From Gammaproteobacteria bacterium (GTDB taxonomy: Bacteria > Pseudomonadota > Gammaproteobacteria > Eutrophobiales > Eutrophobiaceae), in the NCBI GenBank assembly GCA_965222155.1, contig CBDCTH010000012.1, forward strand, positions 2,496,001 to 2,560,000: DNA of 64,000 bases. Direction: 5' to 3'. How positions within the stretch are numbered: the stretch's first letter is position 1; every line of letters begins with the position of its first letter. Positions 23,645 to 34,410 of the stretch are shown here, in pieces. The notes beneath the pieces were generated by a model, which was given only the letters and a program-made list of their open reading frames with translations, did not search any database and had not been told where the DNA came from. The position numbers and the translations under genes were made by a program.

Positions 23645-24720
23645 AACAGGTTGTTGTTGAACTGGGAAATCGATCCTATCCCATTTATATTGGCGCCGGT
23701 TTGTTGCAGCGAGCAACTGATCTTATCGGTACTCGACTGAGCGAGCAGACCCTGGTCGTCAGCAATACCGTTGTAGCCCCGTTATACCTGGAAACATTGC
23801 TGGACGGATTGACGGGCATACGGGCGCAAACCCTGATCGTCGAAGACGGTGAGCGCCTTAAAACCGTGGAAACCATGAACGGGATTATTACCCGCTTACT
23901 GGAACAACAATTCAACCGTACCTGTACGCTGATTGCCCTGGGCGGAGGGGTGATCGGCGACGTGACCGGGTTTGCCGCGGCCTGTTACCAGCGCGGCGTC
24001 CGCTATATCCAGGTGCCCACCACTTTGCTTGCCCAGGTTGATTCTGCCGTGGGCGGCAAGACTGCGGTGAATCACAAACTGGGAAAAAATATGATCGGCG
24101 CGTTTCATCAACCCGCCGCGGTGCTCAGTGATACGGATGTGCTTGCTTCCTTGCCGGCGCGGGAATTGCGCGCCGGGATAGCCGAGATCATCAAGTACGG
24201 GCTCATCAATGATGTCCAATTCTTCGGCTGGTTGGAGGACAATATTGACGGGCTTGTGCAACGGGACGCGGCCTGCCTGGCCCATGCAATAGAGGTATCC
24301 TGCCGCAACAAGGCAAGGATCGTAGCCCTGGATGAACGCGAAGCCGGCTTGCGCGCCATTCTTAACCTGGGACATACCTTCGGGCACGCCATCGAGACGG
24401 CTTTGAGTTACCAGACCTGGCTGCATGGCGAAGCGGTAGCCGCGGGCATGTCCATGGCCGCTCACCTGTCCGTAAAGACGACCGGGTTCAGCGAGAACGA
24501 TGCCCGGAGGGTGAACTCACTGCTGGAAAAGGCAGGACTGCCTGTCAGTCTGCCGGATGCAATCGGGCGGGAACAACTCAGGGAGTTGATGGCCGTCGAT
24601 AAAAAAACCCGTCATGGCCGTTTACACCTGGTGTTGCTCCGGGAGATAGGCAAAGCCGTGGTCACGCCGGAGTTCGAGGAGGCGGACCTGGAGGATACTC
24701 TGACGCGTTATGCGGAGTGA
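23641..24720 (+). CDS. aroB: 3-dehydroquinate synthase
   Basis: GGGVIGD, PTTLLAQVDSAVGGKT, NLGHTFGHAIE, LHGEAV. Confidence 0.98.
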   Translation: MKQVVVELGNRSYPIYIGAGLLQRATDLIGTRLSEQTLVVSNTVVAPLYLETLLDGLTGIRAQTLIVEDGERLKTVETMNGIITRLLEQQFNRTCTLIALGGGVIGDVTGFAAACYQRGVRYIQVPTTLLAQVDSAVGGKTAVNHKLGKNMIGAFHQPAAVLSDTDVLASLPARELRAGIAEIIKYGLINDVQFFGWLEDNIDGLVQRDAACLAHAIEVSCRNKARIVALDEREAGLRAILNLGHTFGHAIETALSYQTWLHGEAVAAGMSMAAHLSVKTTGFSENDARRVNSLLEKAGLPVSLPDAIGREQLRELMAVDKKTRHGRLHLVLLREIGKAVVTPEFEEADLEDTLTRYAE

Positions 24721-24860
24721 GGGTTGCGTATTTCATAGCAAAGCTGCCACCGATTACACGGCAAAGCTGCCACCCCCAGGGAGGTAGATAGTCGGCGCGT
24801 TTGACGTGGATAACCAACGGTATCCTGTGTCCTTATTTCTACTGAAAGGAGGAGACACAG

Positions 24861-26402
24861 ATGCCTGCAAAGAGGTTGTCCATGAGAAAGATAAAAGACG
24901 TATTACGCCTGTGCTGGGGCCAGGGTCTGAGCAAGCGCAAGGCGGCCGGCAGTTGCGGGGTCTCACGCCCGACGGTGGATGATTACCTGCGCCGTGCTGA
25001 GGCGGCCGGGATGAGCTGGCCGCTGCCTGCGGCGCTGGATGACGGGGCGCTGGAGCGCTTGCTGTTTCCGCCCGCCCCGGCCGTGCCCGCCGCGGCCCGC
25101 GGGGTGCCCGATTGGTCACACATTCATCGGGAGTTGAAACGCCCGGGCGTCACCTTGCAGTTGTTATGGCATGAGTATCGCCAGACTCACCCGCAAGGCT
25201 ATCAGTACACCTGGTTCTGCCAGCATTATCGGACGTGGCGTGGCAAGCTGGACCTGGTCATGCGCCAGGAGCACCGGGCCGGTGAGAAGCTGTTCGTGGA
25301 TTATGCCGGTATGCGTGCCCAGGTCATCAACCCGGCAACCGGGGAAGTCCGTGAGGCAGAGGTGTTTGTGGGCGCGCTGGGCGCGTCGAACTACACCTAT
25401 GCCGAGGCCACCTGGACCCAGGGCCTGGAAGACTGGATCGGCGCCCACGTGCGCTGTTTTACCTACTTCGGTGGTGTGCCGGAGGTGGTGGTGCCGGACA
25501 ATTTACGCGCCGGGGTGAGCCGTGCGCACCGGTATGAGCCGGATATCAACCCCACCTACCAGGACCTGGCTACGCATTACGGGGTAGCCATCATTCCGGC
25601 ACGGGTGCGTCGTCCCCGTGACAAGGCGAAAGCCGAGGTGGGGGTCCAGGTGGTAGAGCGCTGGATCCTCGCCGCGCTGCGCCAGCGTCAGTGCTTCTCC
25701 CTGGCCGAGTTGAACCGCGCCATCCGGGCGTTGCTCGAGACGCTCAACAACCGGCCCTTCAAGAAACTGCCGGGCACCCGGCGCGAGCAGTTCGAGCAAC
25801 TGGATAAACCGGCCCTGCGGCCCCTGCCTGTCGAACCGTACGAATACGCCGAGTGGAAGCAGGCCCGGGTCCATATCGACTATCACGTCGAGGTCCACGG
25901 CCATTACTACTCCGTGCCCCATGCGCTCATCAAAAAACAAGTGGACGTGCGTATCACCGCCAACACCATTGAGTGTTTCCACCGTGGACAACGGGTCGCC
26001 AGTCATCGACGCTCCTGCCACAAGGCGCACCATACCACCGTCCCGGCCCACATGCCCGAGTCACACCGCCAGGCCGGCGAGTGGTCCCCGCAACGCCTGG
26101 GCCGCTGGGCCGCGCAGGTCGGGCCGGCCACGGAAACCCTTATCCTCCGTGTCCTGTCTGCTCGTAAACACCCCCAGCAGGCCTACCGCAGCTGCTTAGG
26201 GATCCTACGCCTTGACAAACACTACGGCGACGACCGGTTGGAGGCCGCCTGCCAGCGCGCCCTCACCCTGGGCAGCCACAGTTACAAGAGTCTCGAATCC
26301 ATCCTCCGCCACGGCCTCGACCGGCAACCCCTTGCCGAGCAGACCGAAGCGGACTTGCCCGAGGACCACGACAACATCCGTGGCCCCTCCTATTATCACT
26401 GA
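24861..26402 (+). CDS. istA: IS21 transposase
   Basis: FVDYAG, VPDNL, DKAKAE DDE motifs; IRGPSYYH end. Confidence 0.96.
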   Translation: MPAKRLSMRKIKDVLRLCWGQGLSKRKAAGSCGVSRPTVDDYLRRAEAAGMSWPLPAALDDGALERLLFPPAPAVPAAARGVPDWSHIHRELKRPGVTLQLLWHEYRQTHPQGYQYTWFCQHYRTWRGKLDLVMRQEHRAGEKLFVDYAGMRAQVINPATGEVREAEVFVGALGASNYTYAEATWTQGLEDWIGAHVRCFTYFGGVPEVVVPDNLRAGVSRAHRYEPDINPTYQDLATHYGVAIIPARVRRPRDKAKAEVGVQVVERWILAALRQRQCFSLAELNRAIRALLETLNNRPFKKLPGTRREQFEQLDKPALRPLPVEPYEYAEWKQARVHIDYHVEVHGHYYSVPHALIKKQVDVRITANTIECFHRGQRVASHRRSCHKAHHTTVPAHMPESHRQAGEWSPQRLGRWAAQVGPATETLILRVLSARKHPQQAYRSCLGILRLDKHYGDDRLEAACQRALTLGSHSYKSLESILRHGLDRQPLAEQTEADLPEDHDNIRGPSYYH

Positions 26403-26881
26403 CCCACAACAGGAGAGTACTATGTTGACACATCCCACCCTGGATAAACTCCACACCCTGAAATGCACCGGTATGGTTGCCGCCCTCACCGAGCAAATGA
26501 CCCTGCCCGATATCGATACCCTCAGCTTCGAGGAACGCCTTGGCCTGCTCGTCGACCGGGAGATAACCGAGCGGGATAACCGGCGCACTTCCAACCGGTT
26601 GCGCCGCGCCCGGCTCAAACACAATGCCGCCCTGGAGGATATCGACTATCACCACCCGCGCGGACTGGATAAATCCCTGATGCAATCACTGGCCACCTGC
26701 CAGTGGGTCCGCGAACACCTCAATATCCTCATCACCGGCCCCACCGGCGTCGGTAAAACCTGGCTCGCCTGCGCCCTGGCGCATAGCGCCTGCCGGCACG
26801 GCTACACCGCCCTCTACCTGCGCCTGCCCCGACTCCTCCAGGACCTGACTATCGCCAAAGGGGACGGGCGCTACCCTAAAC

Positions 26882-28453
26882 TAGTCGATCCTGAAAAACC
26901 CGATTTCAGGCTGCCATTATGGGTACCGGTAGCGGAGCCAGACCAGCCAGCTTTCGGTTCAACTGTGTGCCGGCACCTGACAGACGCGCTGCGGGCACCA
27001 ACACGCGGAGCCAAGCCAGTATAAGTATCCTTTTTTCGAGACAAAAAAACCTGAGCCGTCTCAGGATCAGGCGCAGGTTGTGGCCAGCACAACTCAACAG
27101 GACATTTAATTGGTCGCCGTCTGTCCCGTTCAGGTGATTGCGCCCTAACAGTCCGTCGGCTTTCAAATGACCGATCACCGGTTCAATTGCCTGGCGGCGC
27201 TTGAGCGACCGTTTTAACCGCTGTGTCTTAATACCGCGCTTCTGCCCGGCGATGTACACCGTACTCGCCGTTTCATCATGCCCCCGATAGCCCCTGTCCA
27301 CAAACGCCTCGTCAATACTCGTCCCGGTCAAGTGCCGTACCTGCTCCAACGCTTGTTTCAAGGTGTGCCCGTCATACGGACTGCCCGGCAAGGCCATACC
27401 CCCCACCACGAAGTTACTCTTGTTCGTGGTGGCAATGCTCGCCTTCACCCCGAATTCATACCGCTTGTGCGCCTTCCCTTTACTGATACATTCCACCGCC
27501 GGGGCGTGCAGGCTGTACAGCTTGTTTTTATCCTGCTTCTGCTGCGCCAGCAGTCGCTTGGCTAAGGCCAATTCATCGGCAAAGATACGCTGCTGTGCCG
27601 GATTGCCCGCGGTGTTACGCTCACTGTCACGCACCACCCGGCCCAGGTACGTGCGTAACCGCTTCACCTCGCGCCGCAGCCGCCGATACTGTTTGGCATG
27701 ACCGTAGCGGTTCGCCTGTTGTAACGCCCGCGGCCCCTTGCGGGCAGTGCTCTGGCGTAACACCACCCCCTGTTTGTGACATAACCGTACCCACCGCACC
27801 CGGGACCGATTCAGCAACTTGCTGTCGGTCGGATAACTCACCGCTTATCTCCTGTACCGTGGTGTCCACCGTCACCCGTTTGAAGTCCGTCGTCTTCACT
27901 GCCTTGCTCTGCACCCCCAGCGCCACCGTCACCTGTAAAATCCGCGCACACCCCGACTCCCCAATGCGTTGGCGACAGCGCGTCAGGCTGCTCGGGTCTA
28001 CCGGCGCCTCATGCTGAAAATACACCGCCCCGCAGACATACTGCCAATACGGATTCTCCACCCAGCCCGATACCACCGCCTCATCGGATAACCCGTAACA
28101 ATGCTTCAGATAGTGCAACCCCACCATTAACCGAGTCGGTTTCCCCGGACAACCGTTGTCCGGGCAGTACAGTGACCCGAACTCCTTATCAAACACCGAC
28201 CACTCTATCAGGTCGGCCAGGCGATATAAGGCATGGCGTTGATTGAGCATATTGTCCAGGCGTTCGCGGAACAGGTCGGTTGCGGTGCGGGTTGCGGCGT
28301 CAGGTTGTCTGGGCGTCATTTTTATCTCCGATATTGCAAGAAAATGAAGCCCTATGATACCAAAACCGGCAATATCAGTCCAGAAAAAAATACAACTTAC
28401 ATCAATATGATCAATCAGTTAGGACGATTTATTGAGTTTTTCAGGGGCGGCTA
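26882..28453 (-). mobile_element. IS5-family element nested in istB
   Basis: IRs TAGTCGATCCTGAAAAAC / GTTTTTCAGGGGCGGCTA; CTAAACT at both junctions (3-7 bp duplication depending on where ends are placed). Confidence 0.9.
26906..28319 (-). pseudogene. IS5-family transposase, frameshifted
   Basis: WVENPYWQY, VDTTVQE | (KAV)SYPTD, KGKAHKRYEFG, DRGYRG, IEPVIGHLK; one extra base near 27848. Confidence 0.9.
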
Positions 28454-28773
28454 AACTCCTGTCCACCCTGGCGAGGACCCAGGTCCTCATCCTTGATGAC
28501 TGGGGCCTGGTCAAATTGAACGCAGCGCAGCGCCGTGACCTGCTGGAAATCCTGGAAGACCGCCACGGCGCACGCTCCACCCTCGCTACCAGTCAATTAC
28601 CGGCCGAAAAATGGCATCACAGCATCGGCGACCCCACCCTCGCCGATGCCATCCTTGACCGCCTGGTGCACAATGCTTACAAAATACAACTCAAGGGTGA
28701 ATCCATGCGAAAACAGAAAAAAACATTGACGACGATGACCCCAACAGAGTCATAATGACCAACACCCACGTCA

Positions 28774-29526
28774 TCACGCGCCTGGGGGTGGCAGCTTTGC
28801 TGCGTTCCGGGTGGCAGCCTTCACGTGAAACGGGTGGCAGGATTCAGTGAAATACGCAGTGAGGGTCTCCAAACTGTCAATCCACTCGCTGAAATGTCTA
28901 CATTTCAATAGCAATGACGACAACCCAATCTTTCCAGCTACAATAGGACCTGCGGATGCCTTCATTTTTTCGTATTCCGGTATTTCCTTGATAATTCGCT
29001 TTGATGGAGGAGTTTTGTCATTAATCAACTCCGGTGAATCGAATTCAGAGACTATTTTAACAAGCTTCTTAATTTGGGTTGCACGGTCGAAAAACTGGGC
29101 ATCAAGTTTTTGAGGGTCGGACAACAATAACGCTTCAGATTCGTAAAGCTGGAAATAGGGAATAAATCGGGAATCAGAGATATCTTCCTTTAACGAATTT
29201 TCCAAAGTCGTGATGCGTTCGTATGGATTGTTTTTTCGTTGGGCGTCTTCATAGCCGGGGAAATCAGTTGGAAGACCATAAAGATCAATCATGGTTGTAA
29301 ATCGTGCATCCGGGTTTTGATCTTCTTTCATCCAGGCTTTAATGTCCTTCTTAACTTGAGCATACTTCCCGATACCTCCCCTATATTTGATTCCCCGTTT
29401 GTGACTCGTCATGACGCATCGAGCCTTCACCCAAATGGACAACTCGGCTAAATGCGGGTTTAGGGTCTGCTTTACAAATGTTTCTTCTGTCTGTCCCTCG
29501 ACGATGAAATGCAGCCTTATCGTCAT
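28774..29526 (-). CDS. DUF4276-family (TOPRIM-like) protein; 3' end reads into IS21
   Basis: FIVEGQTEE, TTMIDLYGLP, PELIND..PSKRI, CRHFSEW. Confidence 0.8.
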   Translation of the reverse strand: MTIRLHFIVEGQTEETFVKQTLNPHLAELSIWVKARCVMTSHKRGIKYRGGIGKYAQVKKDIKAWMKEDQNPDARFTTMIDLYGLPTDFPGYEDAQRKNNPYERITTLENSLKEDISDSRFIPYFQLYESEALLLSDPQKLDAQFFDRATQIKKLVKIVSEFDSPELINDKTPPSKRIIKEIPEYEKMKASAGPIVAGKIGLSSLLLKCRHFSEWIDSLETLTAYFTESCHPFHVKAATRNAAKLPPPGA

Positions 29527-30610
29527 TAAGGACGTCCGCCGATTACATTCTTTTCCCACAATTCAGAAAGAGAATAGTCCTCGAGCCATTCTGCCAGAGC
29601 TTTCGCATCCAGTCTTCTGAAGACAGAACTGCGACCTTCGCGTTCGACAACAACTATATCAGTTGGCCCAAAACAATCGATAAGTGGCATGGATTGCGTA
29701 GCGACAATGACCTGTATTTTAGTCGAAACTGCGTGAATCAAACCGCCGACAACATTAATAGCGTACGGGTGCAATCCAAGTTCCGGCTCATCAAGAATCA
29801 ATACGTCTGGCAGGTCCTGTTCAGATTGCAAGAGAAGTGTAACAAGAGCCACAACTCGCAACATGCCATCCGACGCTTGCGAAACACTGAAAACCTGATC
29901 GCTGTTTCGTTCACGCCAATTCAGAAGAAGAGAGTCGTAATGTGGTTCCAGTTCAAAGTCAGAAAAAAAAGGCAGGATCAGGCGGATAGTATCTACTATG
30001 CGTTGATAGCACCTGCCATTTTCCTCCCTAAGGCGAAGTAATACGGGAGCGACATTGGCAGCATCTTCCTTGAGCCACCGGTTACGCATACGAGCGGTAG
30101 CTGACGTATTATGGAATTGGTACACGACGATTTTTCGCAGTATGTCTCGAATAACTCTAGCGGTTTTATCATCACCAGCATCGATAAGAAGTTGCGGAAA
30201 GCGTTGCCCTGCGTCCGTTTCTCGCCAGGATGCAGTACTAGGGCGTGCTTTGTGGGAGAATCGGTATCGTTCATCGGCAAAAATCAATGTGTCGCCTGCT
30301 GCAAAAATCAACCGGAATGCGTACTGGTTCTCGCCGGCGTCAGTTTGAAGCGTTAATTCGGTTTCTATCTCACGAGTCATAGAAGGGCCGTCGTGCAGAA
30401 ATGTGCTGGCTCCCCCTGCTCGCTAATGTAAAGTTGGATGTTGTCGGGATCCGCCAATGCCCAACTCAGCATACGAAAGAAGGAAATGAAATTGGACTTG
30501 CCAGCGCCGTTAGGGCCGATAAGCAGCGTTAATGGATGAGGCTGGAAACTCTCCAGTGCTTGAATAGTCTTAAACCCTTTGAGAGTTATCGACACAAGCT
30601 TGCTTTTCAT
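29526..30610 (-). pseudogene. AAA_21/ABC-type ATPase, frameshifted at a G5 run
   Basis: IGPNGAGKSN in the first ORF; SDGMLR, LDEPELGLHP, ATQS in the second; adding one G at 30412-30416 gives continuous ...EQGGASTFLHDGPSMTREIE. Confidence 0.85.
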
Positions 30611-30769
30611 ATTACATTTTCCTCTGGCGCTACAGTCAGGGTATTGGTTGAACCAACAGGCGGTATATTAGTCTCATTATAGCTGTTAAATTGTTATTTG
30701 AGTTGGAATAGAACTGCAGCGATTTCAAAGCTCTTTATATTTGACGCATGAAATCACATCAAACTAAAT

Positions 30770-33700
30770 TCATATTCCTAATTTAGTCTGTATAATATCG
30801 TCATTAGTATAAGTTATATCAAAAACAGTCTCTTGCAGCCAGCGCCGGAAGGAATCGTTATCCATAAACTGCTTGAAAAGCTCCGTGTCGTCCCTGAGTA
30901 AACCGGTTATCACACGGGACAGGGCGTTGTCACATTCGATGCGTGCGTTTTGCCTGTCGGAATTGATCCTGGCGTTTTGGTAAGACGTATCCGTTGCGAC
31001 ACTGATCGGAATTTCCTCGGTAATCAACTTGCGCACGCGGTCTTCATCACTCCACTCTATACCGCCAAACAGTTCATTGAAATTCCTGATGATGTTTGAC
31101 AGGCGGTCAAGCTCAGGTTCCGGTCTGCCGCCTACGCCTGTGGGCGTCGGTTCGATTTCAGCGTCCTCATCCGGTAGTTGAAGCTTCACTGTGGCCTGTT
31201 TTTCGACCAGGTAGCTGTCCATATCGATTGTTTCAAGGATGCCTTTTGAAAGATCCTCTTCGACCGGCGCCGGCAATTTGGGAACCAGGAAGGTAAGAAA
31301 AATAGAGAGTTTTTCCCATTCCAGATGCTTGTATGACAGAATTTGAGAGAGAAAACCATAAGTACGCAGGAATGCCTTGGCCTTGCCTTTAAATTCCACC
31401 TGTCCATCCTCATCGAGGTCTGCCTTATAATTGGCGACACAGGCATCCAGTATCGGGTCGAGCTTGTCACGCGCTGCATTGTTCAGGAATAATGTCACCA
31501 AATCCTCAACCTGTGTGTCTGTATATACCTCACAGGCATCAAGTTCGCCCTTGAGATCGTGCAGCTTATTGGGGTCGGTCTCATCCGCGAGGATGGTGGT
31601 TCGATAGTAGTCGGCAAACGCTTCTTTTATAGTATCCGTGTCATTCATGAAATCCAGAACAAAGACATCGTGCTTCTGTGGGTGGGCGCGATTCAGCCGC
31701 GATAATGTCTGTACTGCCTTGATGCCGGAGAGTAATTTGTCCACGTACATGGTATGCAACAGAGGCTCGTCGTATCCGGTCTGGAACTTGTCTGCGCAGA
31801 TCAAGATTCGGTAAGGGTCTTCCTGTATCCTGTCAACAATCTTAGCGGATGAGAATCCATTCAGGGATGCCTCACTGACTTTTGCGCCTCCATACTCATG
31901 CTCGCCGGAAAAGGCAATAATCGCCCGGTACCGGCTTTTGCGCTCAGTCAGGTAGTCGGAAACGGCATGGAAGTATTTTATTGTGCGGTCAATACTGCCC
32001 GTCACCAGCATGGCCCGCGCCTTTCCGCCGATCTTGCCAGGGGCCAGCACCTGGTCGTGGAAGTGATCCACCATAATCTCCGCCTTCAGGCGGATAGCGT
32101 GTTCGTGGCCTTCGACATAACGGCGTAGCTTCTTCTGCGCCCGGCGGCTATCGAACATCGGGTCATCTTCAATTTTCTTGACCAGCCAGTAGTAGCTGGA
32201 AACCGGCGTGTAGTGGCGCAGCACGTCCAGGATGAAACCCTCCTGGATGGCCTGCTTCATGGTATAGCTGTGGAATGGGAGATGCCGCACTGCGCCGTCC
32301 GGTTGTGGCTGCGGTATTCCAAAAATTTCCAGCGTCTTGTTCTTGGGCGTGGCAGTAAAGGCAAAGTAACTGGCGTTGGGGAGTAGCTTTTTGGACTCAA
32401 TGAGGCGGTTGATACGATCTTCTACGGTTTCATCGTCATCCTCTTCCCCGGCTTCGGAAAGAGCCTGCGCCAGGGCCGAGGAAGTACGTCCTCCCTGGCC
32501 CGAATGCGCTTCGTCAATGATAATGGCAAAATTTCGCCCACGGTGTGTGTCACTTATTTCATCAAGGATGAACGGGAACTTCTGAACCGTGGAAATGATG
32601 ATCTTTTTGCCTTGCTCAATGAACCCGCCCAGGTCACCTGAAGTGTTGGCGTGCCCCACCGTGGAACCTACCTGAGCGTATTGTCTGATGGTGTCGCGAA
32701 TTTGTTTATCCAGGACGATGCGGTCGGTCACTACGATGATCGAGTCAAAAATCGAAGTGTCGTTCTTTTCCAGTCCGATTAGTTGGTGTGACAGCCAGGC
32801 GATGGAATTTGACTTGCCGCTGCCTGCTGAGTGTTGGATCAGATAGCGCTGTCCCGCGCCTTCGGCGCTGGCATCGTCCAGAAGTTTACGTACTACGTCC
32901 AGTTGATGGTAACGCGGCCAGATCTGGGTTTTCTTCTTCTGTCCGGTCTTTTCATCCTTTAAGATCACCACTTGGGCATAGTTTTCGATGATGTTTGTCA
33001 AGCTTTCCCGTGCCAAAATCTGTTTCCACAGATAGTCAATCTTGAGGCCGTTGGGGTTGGGGGGATTGCCGGCGCTATCGTTCCAGCCCTTGTTGAAAGG
33101 CAGGAACCATGATGCCTTGCCCTTCAAGTGAGTACAGAACTTTATTTCCTGTTCATCTACGGCAAAATGCGCCACACAGCGGCCAAATTTGAACAACTTT
33201 TCGTTCGGGTCGCGGTCACGCCGGTATTGTTGAACTGCATCTTCAACCGTCTGCTTTGTCAGGTTGTTCTTCAACTCAAAGGTGATTACCGGCAAACCGT
33301 TGATGAAGAGCCCGAGGTCAAGCGAGTTTTGCGTATTTGCGCGGCTGTAACGCAACTGCCTGGTAACCGAAAAACGGTTCATTCCGTATCGTGCTGAGGC
33401 TCGCTCATTGCCCGGTGACGGAGTTCCGTAAAACAGGCCGAAATGGTGCGCGCCGTGATTAATGCCCTTATGCAAAACCTCTATAATGCCGCGGTTGGTA
33501 ATTTCACGTTCCAGTCTTGCAAGGAACTTGCGCCGCGCCGGACCGTCTTCATCAAGAGAAAGGGAACCGGCAGTCTCGGGCTGTGTTGCGTGCAGGAAGG
33601 TGGAGAGTTGCTCCAGGTCTGTGCAGTACTCACGATCGTAGTCGTTCGGAGAACCGCAGATCCAGCCGATGCCACCGTATGGAACCCTTGTTTTTCCTAT

Positions 33701-33835
33701 TTCATCGAAAATTACTTGCTTTCGGGTCGGCGGGATTTCCGTTAGCGTATTATCCCTAGGCGGGTCACAGGGATGACCCGTCAGCGCGGCGCATATTATT
33801 CTTTCCAGACCGCGCTCAGTGGTGTCGGTAGTCAT
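30770..33835 (-). CDS. hsdR: Type I restriction endonuclease subunit R
   Basis: DLGLFINGLP..FELK nuclease motif, QHSAGSGKS, DEAH, FTATPK, KFQTGYDEP, QTLSRLNR. Confidence 0.96.
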   Translation of the reverse strand: MTTDTTERGLERIICAALTGHPCDPPRDNTLTEIPPTRKQVIFDEIGKTRVPYGGIGWICGSPNDYDREYCTDLEQLSTFLHATQPETAGSLSLDEDGPARRKFLARLEREITNRGIIEVLHKGINHGAHHFGLFYGTPSPGNERASARYGMNRFSVTRQLRYSRANTQNSLDLGLFINGLPVITFELKNNLTKQTVEDAVQQYRRDRDPNEKLFKFGRCVAHFAVDEQEIKFCTHLKGKASWFLPFNKGWNDSAGNPPNPNGLKIDYLWKQILARESLTNIIENYAQVVILKDEKTGQKKKTQIWPRYHQLDVVRKLLDDASAEGAGQRYLIQHSAGSGKSNSIAWLSHQLIGLEKNDTSIFDSIIVVTDRIVLDKQIRDTIRQYAQVGSTVGHANTSGDLGGFIEQGKKIIISTVQKFPFILDEISDTHRGRNFAIIIDEAHSGQGGRTSSALAQALSEAGEEDDDETVEDRINRLIESKKLLPNASYFAFTATPKNKTLEIFGIPQPQPDGAVRHLPFHSYTMKQAIQEGFILDVLRHYTPVSSYYWLVKKIEDDPMFDSRRAQKKLRRYVEGHEHAIRLKAEIMVDHFHDQVLAPGKIGGKARAMLVTGSIDRTIKYFHAVSDYLTERKSRYRAIIAFSGEHEYGGAKVSEASLNGFSSAKIVDRIQEDPYRILICADKFQTGYDEPLLHTMYVDKLLSGIKAVQTLSRLNRAHPQKHDVFVLDFMNDTDTIKEAFADYYRTTILADETDPNKLHDLKGELDACEVYTDTQVEDLVTLFLNNAARDKLDPILDACVANYKADLDEDGQVEFKGKAKAFLRTYGFLSQILSYKHLEWEKLSIFLTFLVPKLPAPVEEDLSKGILETIDMDSYLVEKQATVKLQLPDEDAEIEPTPTGVGGRPEPELDRLSNIIRNFNELFGGIEWSDEDRVRKLITEEIPISVATDTSYQNARINSDRQNARIECDNALSRVITGLLRDDTELFKQFMDNDSFRRWLQETVFDITYTNDDIIQTKLGI

Positions 33836-34331
33836 ATGAAACACCAGTCAAATGGCAAGACCCCTTATTTGCCAACGCGTTACTCGGCTCGAACACAATA
33901 ATTGTCAAATCGCTGAATTGCTCCAGTATCTTCTCAATACGCGGACGTACTTCAAACCAATCCAATCCTCCCAGTCCGCAGCCCAAAGCTGGTCTGGCAA
34001 TCGAGCAAATGTTGTATGACCGGATTTCTTCTACCAGCGCAATAAGACCGGCGTCAATGTACTCCATTCGGCTCTTGTCGCGCCAATGACGTTTAGTTGG
34101 AAAGTTGATGATATATTGCGGATTCGTCAGTTGACCTGTTTCGTATACAAACATTCGCCCAGGTTTTATTTCTTTTCGCTTGCAAGCTGCGGAGTAGGAC
34201 TTGAAGTTATCGGGAAAGACTTTTTTGAACTGAAGCGCCATACCGCGCCCCATGATACCAACACAATTGACGGTATTGACCAAGGCTTCAGCATCTTCGG
34301 TGAGGATGTCACCTGTCTTGAGATCGATCAT
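33816..34331 (-). CDS. Macro-domain protein (DarG-like ADP-ribosylglycohydrolase domain only)
   Basis: ALVNTVNCVGIMGRGMALQFK, IINFPTKRHWR, ALGCGLGGLDW. Confidence 0.88.
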   Translation of the reverse strand: MIDLKTGDILTEDAEALVNTVNCVGIMGRGMALQFKKVFPDNFKSYSAACKRKEIKPGRMFVYETGQLTNPQYIINFPTKRHWRDKSRMEYIDAGLIALVEEIRSYNICSIARPALGCGLGGLDWFEVRPRIEKILEQFSDLTIIVFEPSNALANKGSCHLTGVSYDYRHH

Positions 34332-34410
34332 GTCTTACCATCCTCCTCTAGTGGTACCGCTTACCTTTAATTTCAACCTGCGGGTTTGTACGGAGTAGCC
34401 ATTATGCTGT

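Larger units (their letters stand above)
26422..28755 (+). pseudogene. istB: IS21 helper ATPase split by an IS5 insertion
   Basis: ...GDGRYPK | [17 protein letters not shown]...; halves rejoin into a protein matching the intact copy at 43038-43796. Confidence 0.93.
24725..28858 (+). mobile_element. IS21-family element, copy 1 (interrupted by IS5)
   Basis: Ends TGCGTATTTCA / TGAAATACGCA; subterminal AAGCTGCCACC repeats; 8-bp target duplication GTGAGGGT at 24717-24724 and 28859-28866. Confidence 0.95.

Noticed and set aside
27840-27860. Programmed frameshift in the IS5 transposase
   Set aside because: No slippery A-run at the site; a single inserted base in the VQEKAV-coding region explains it.
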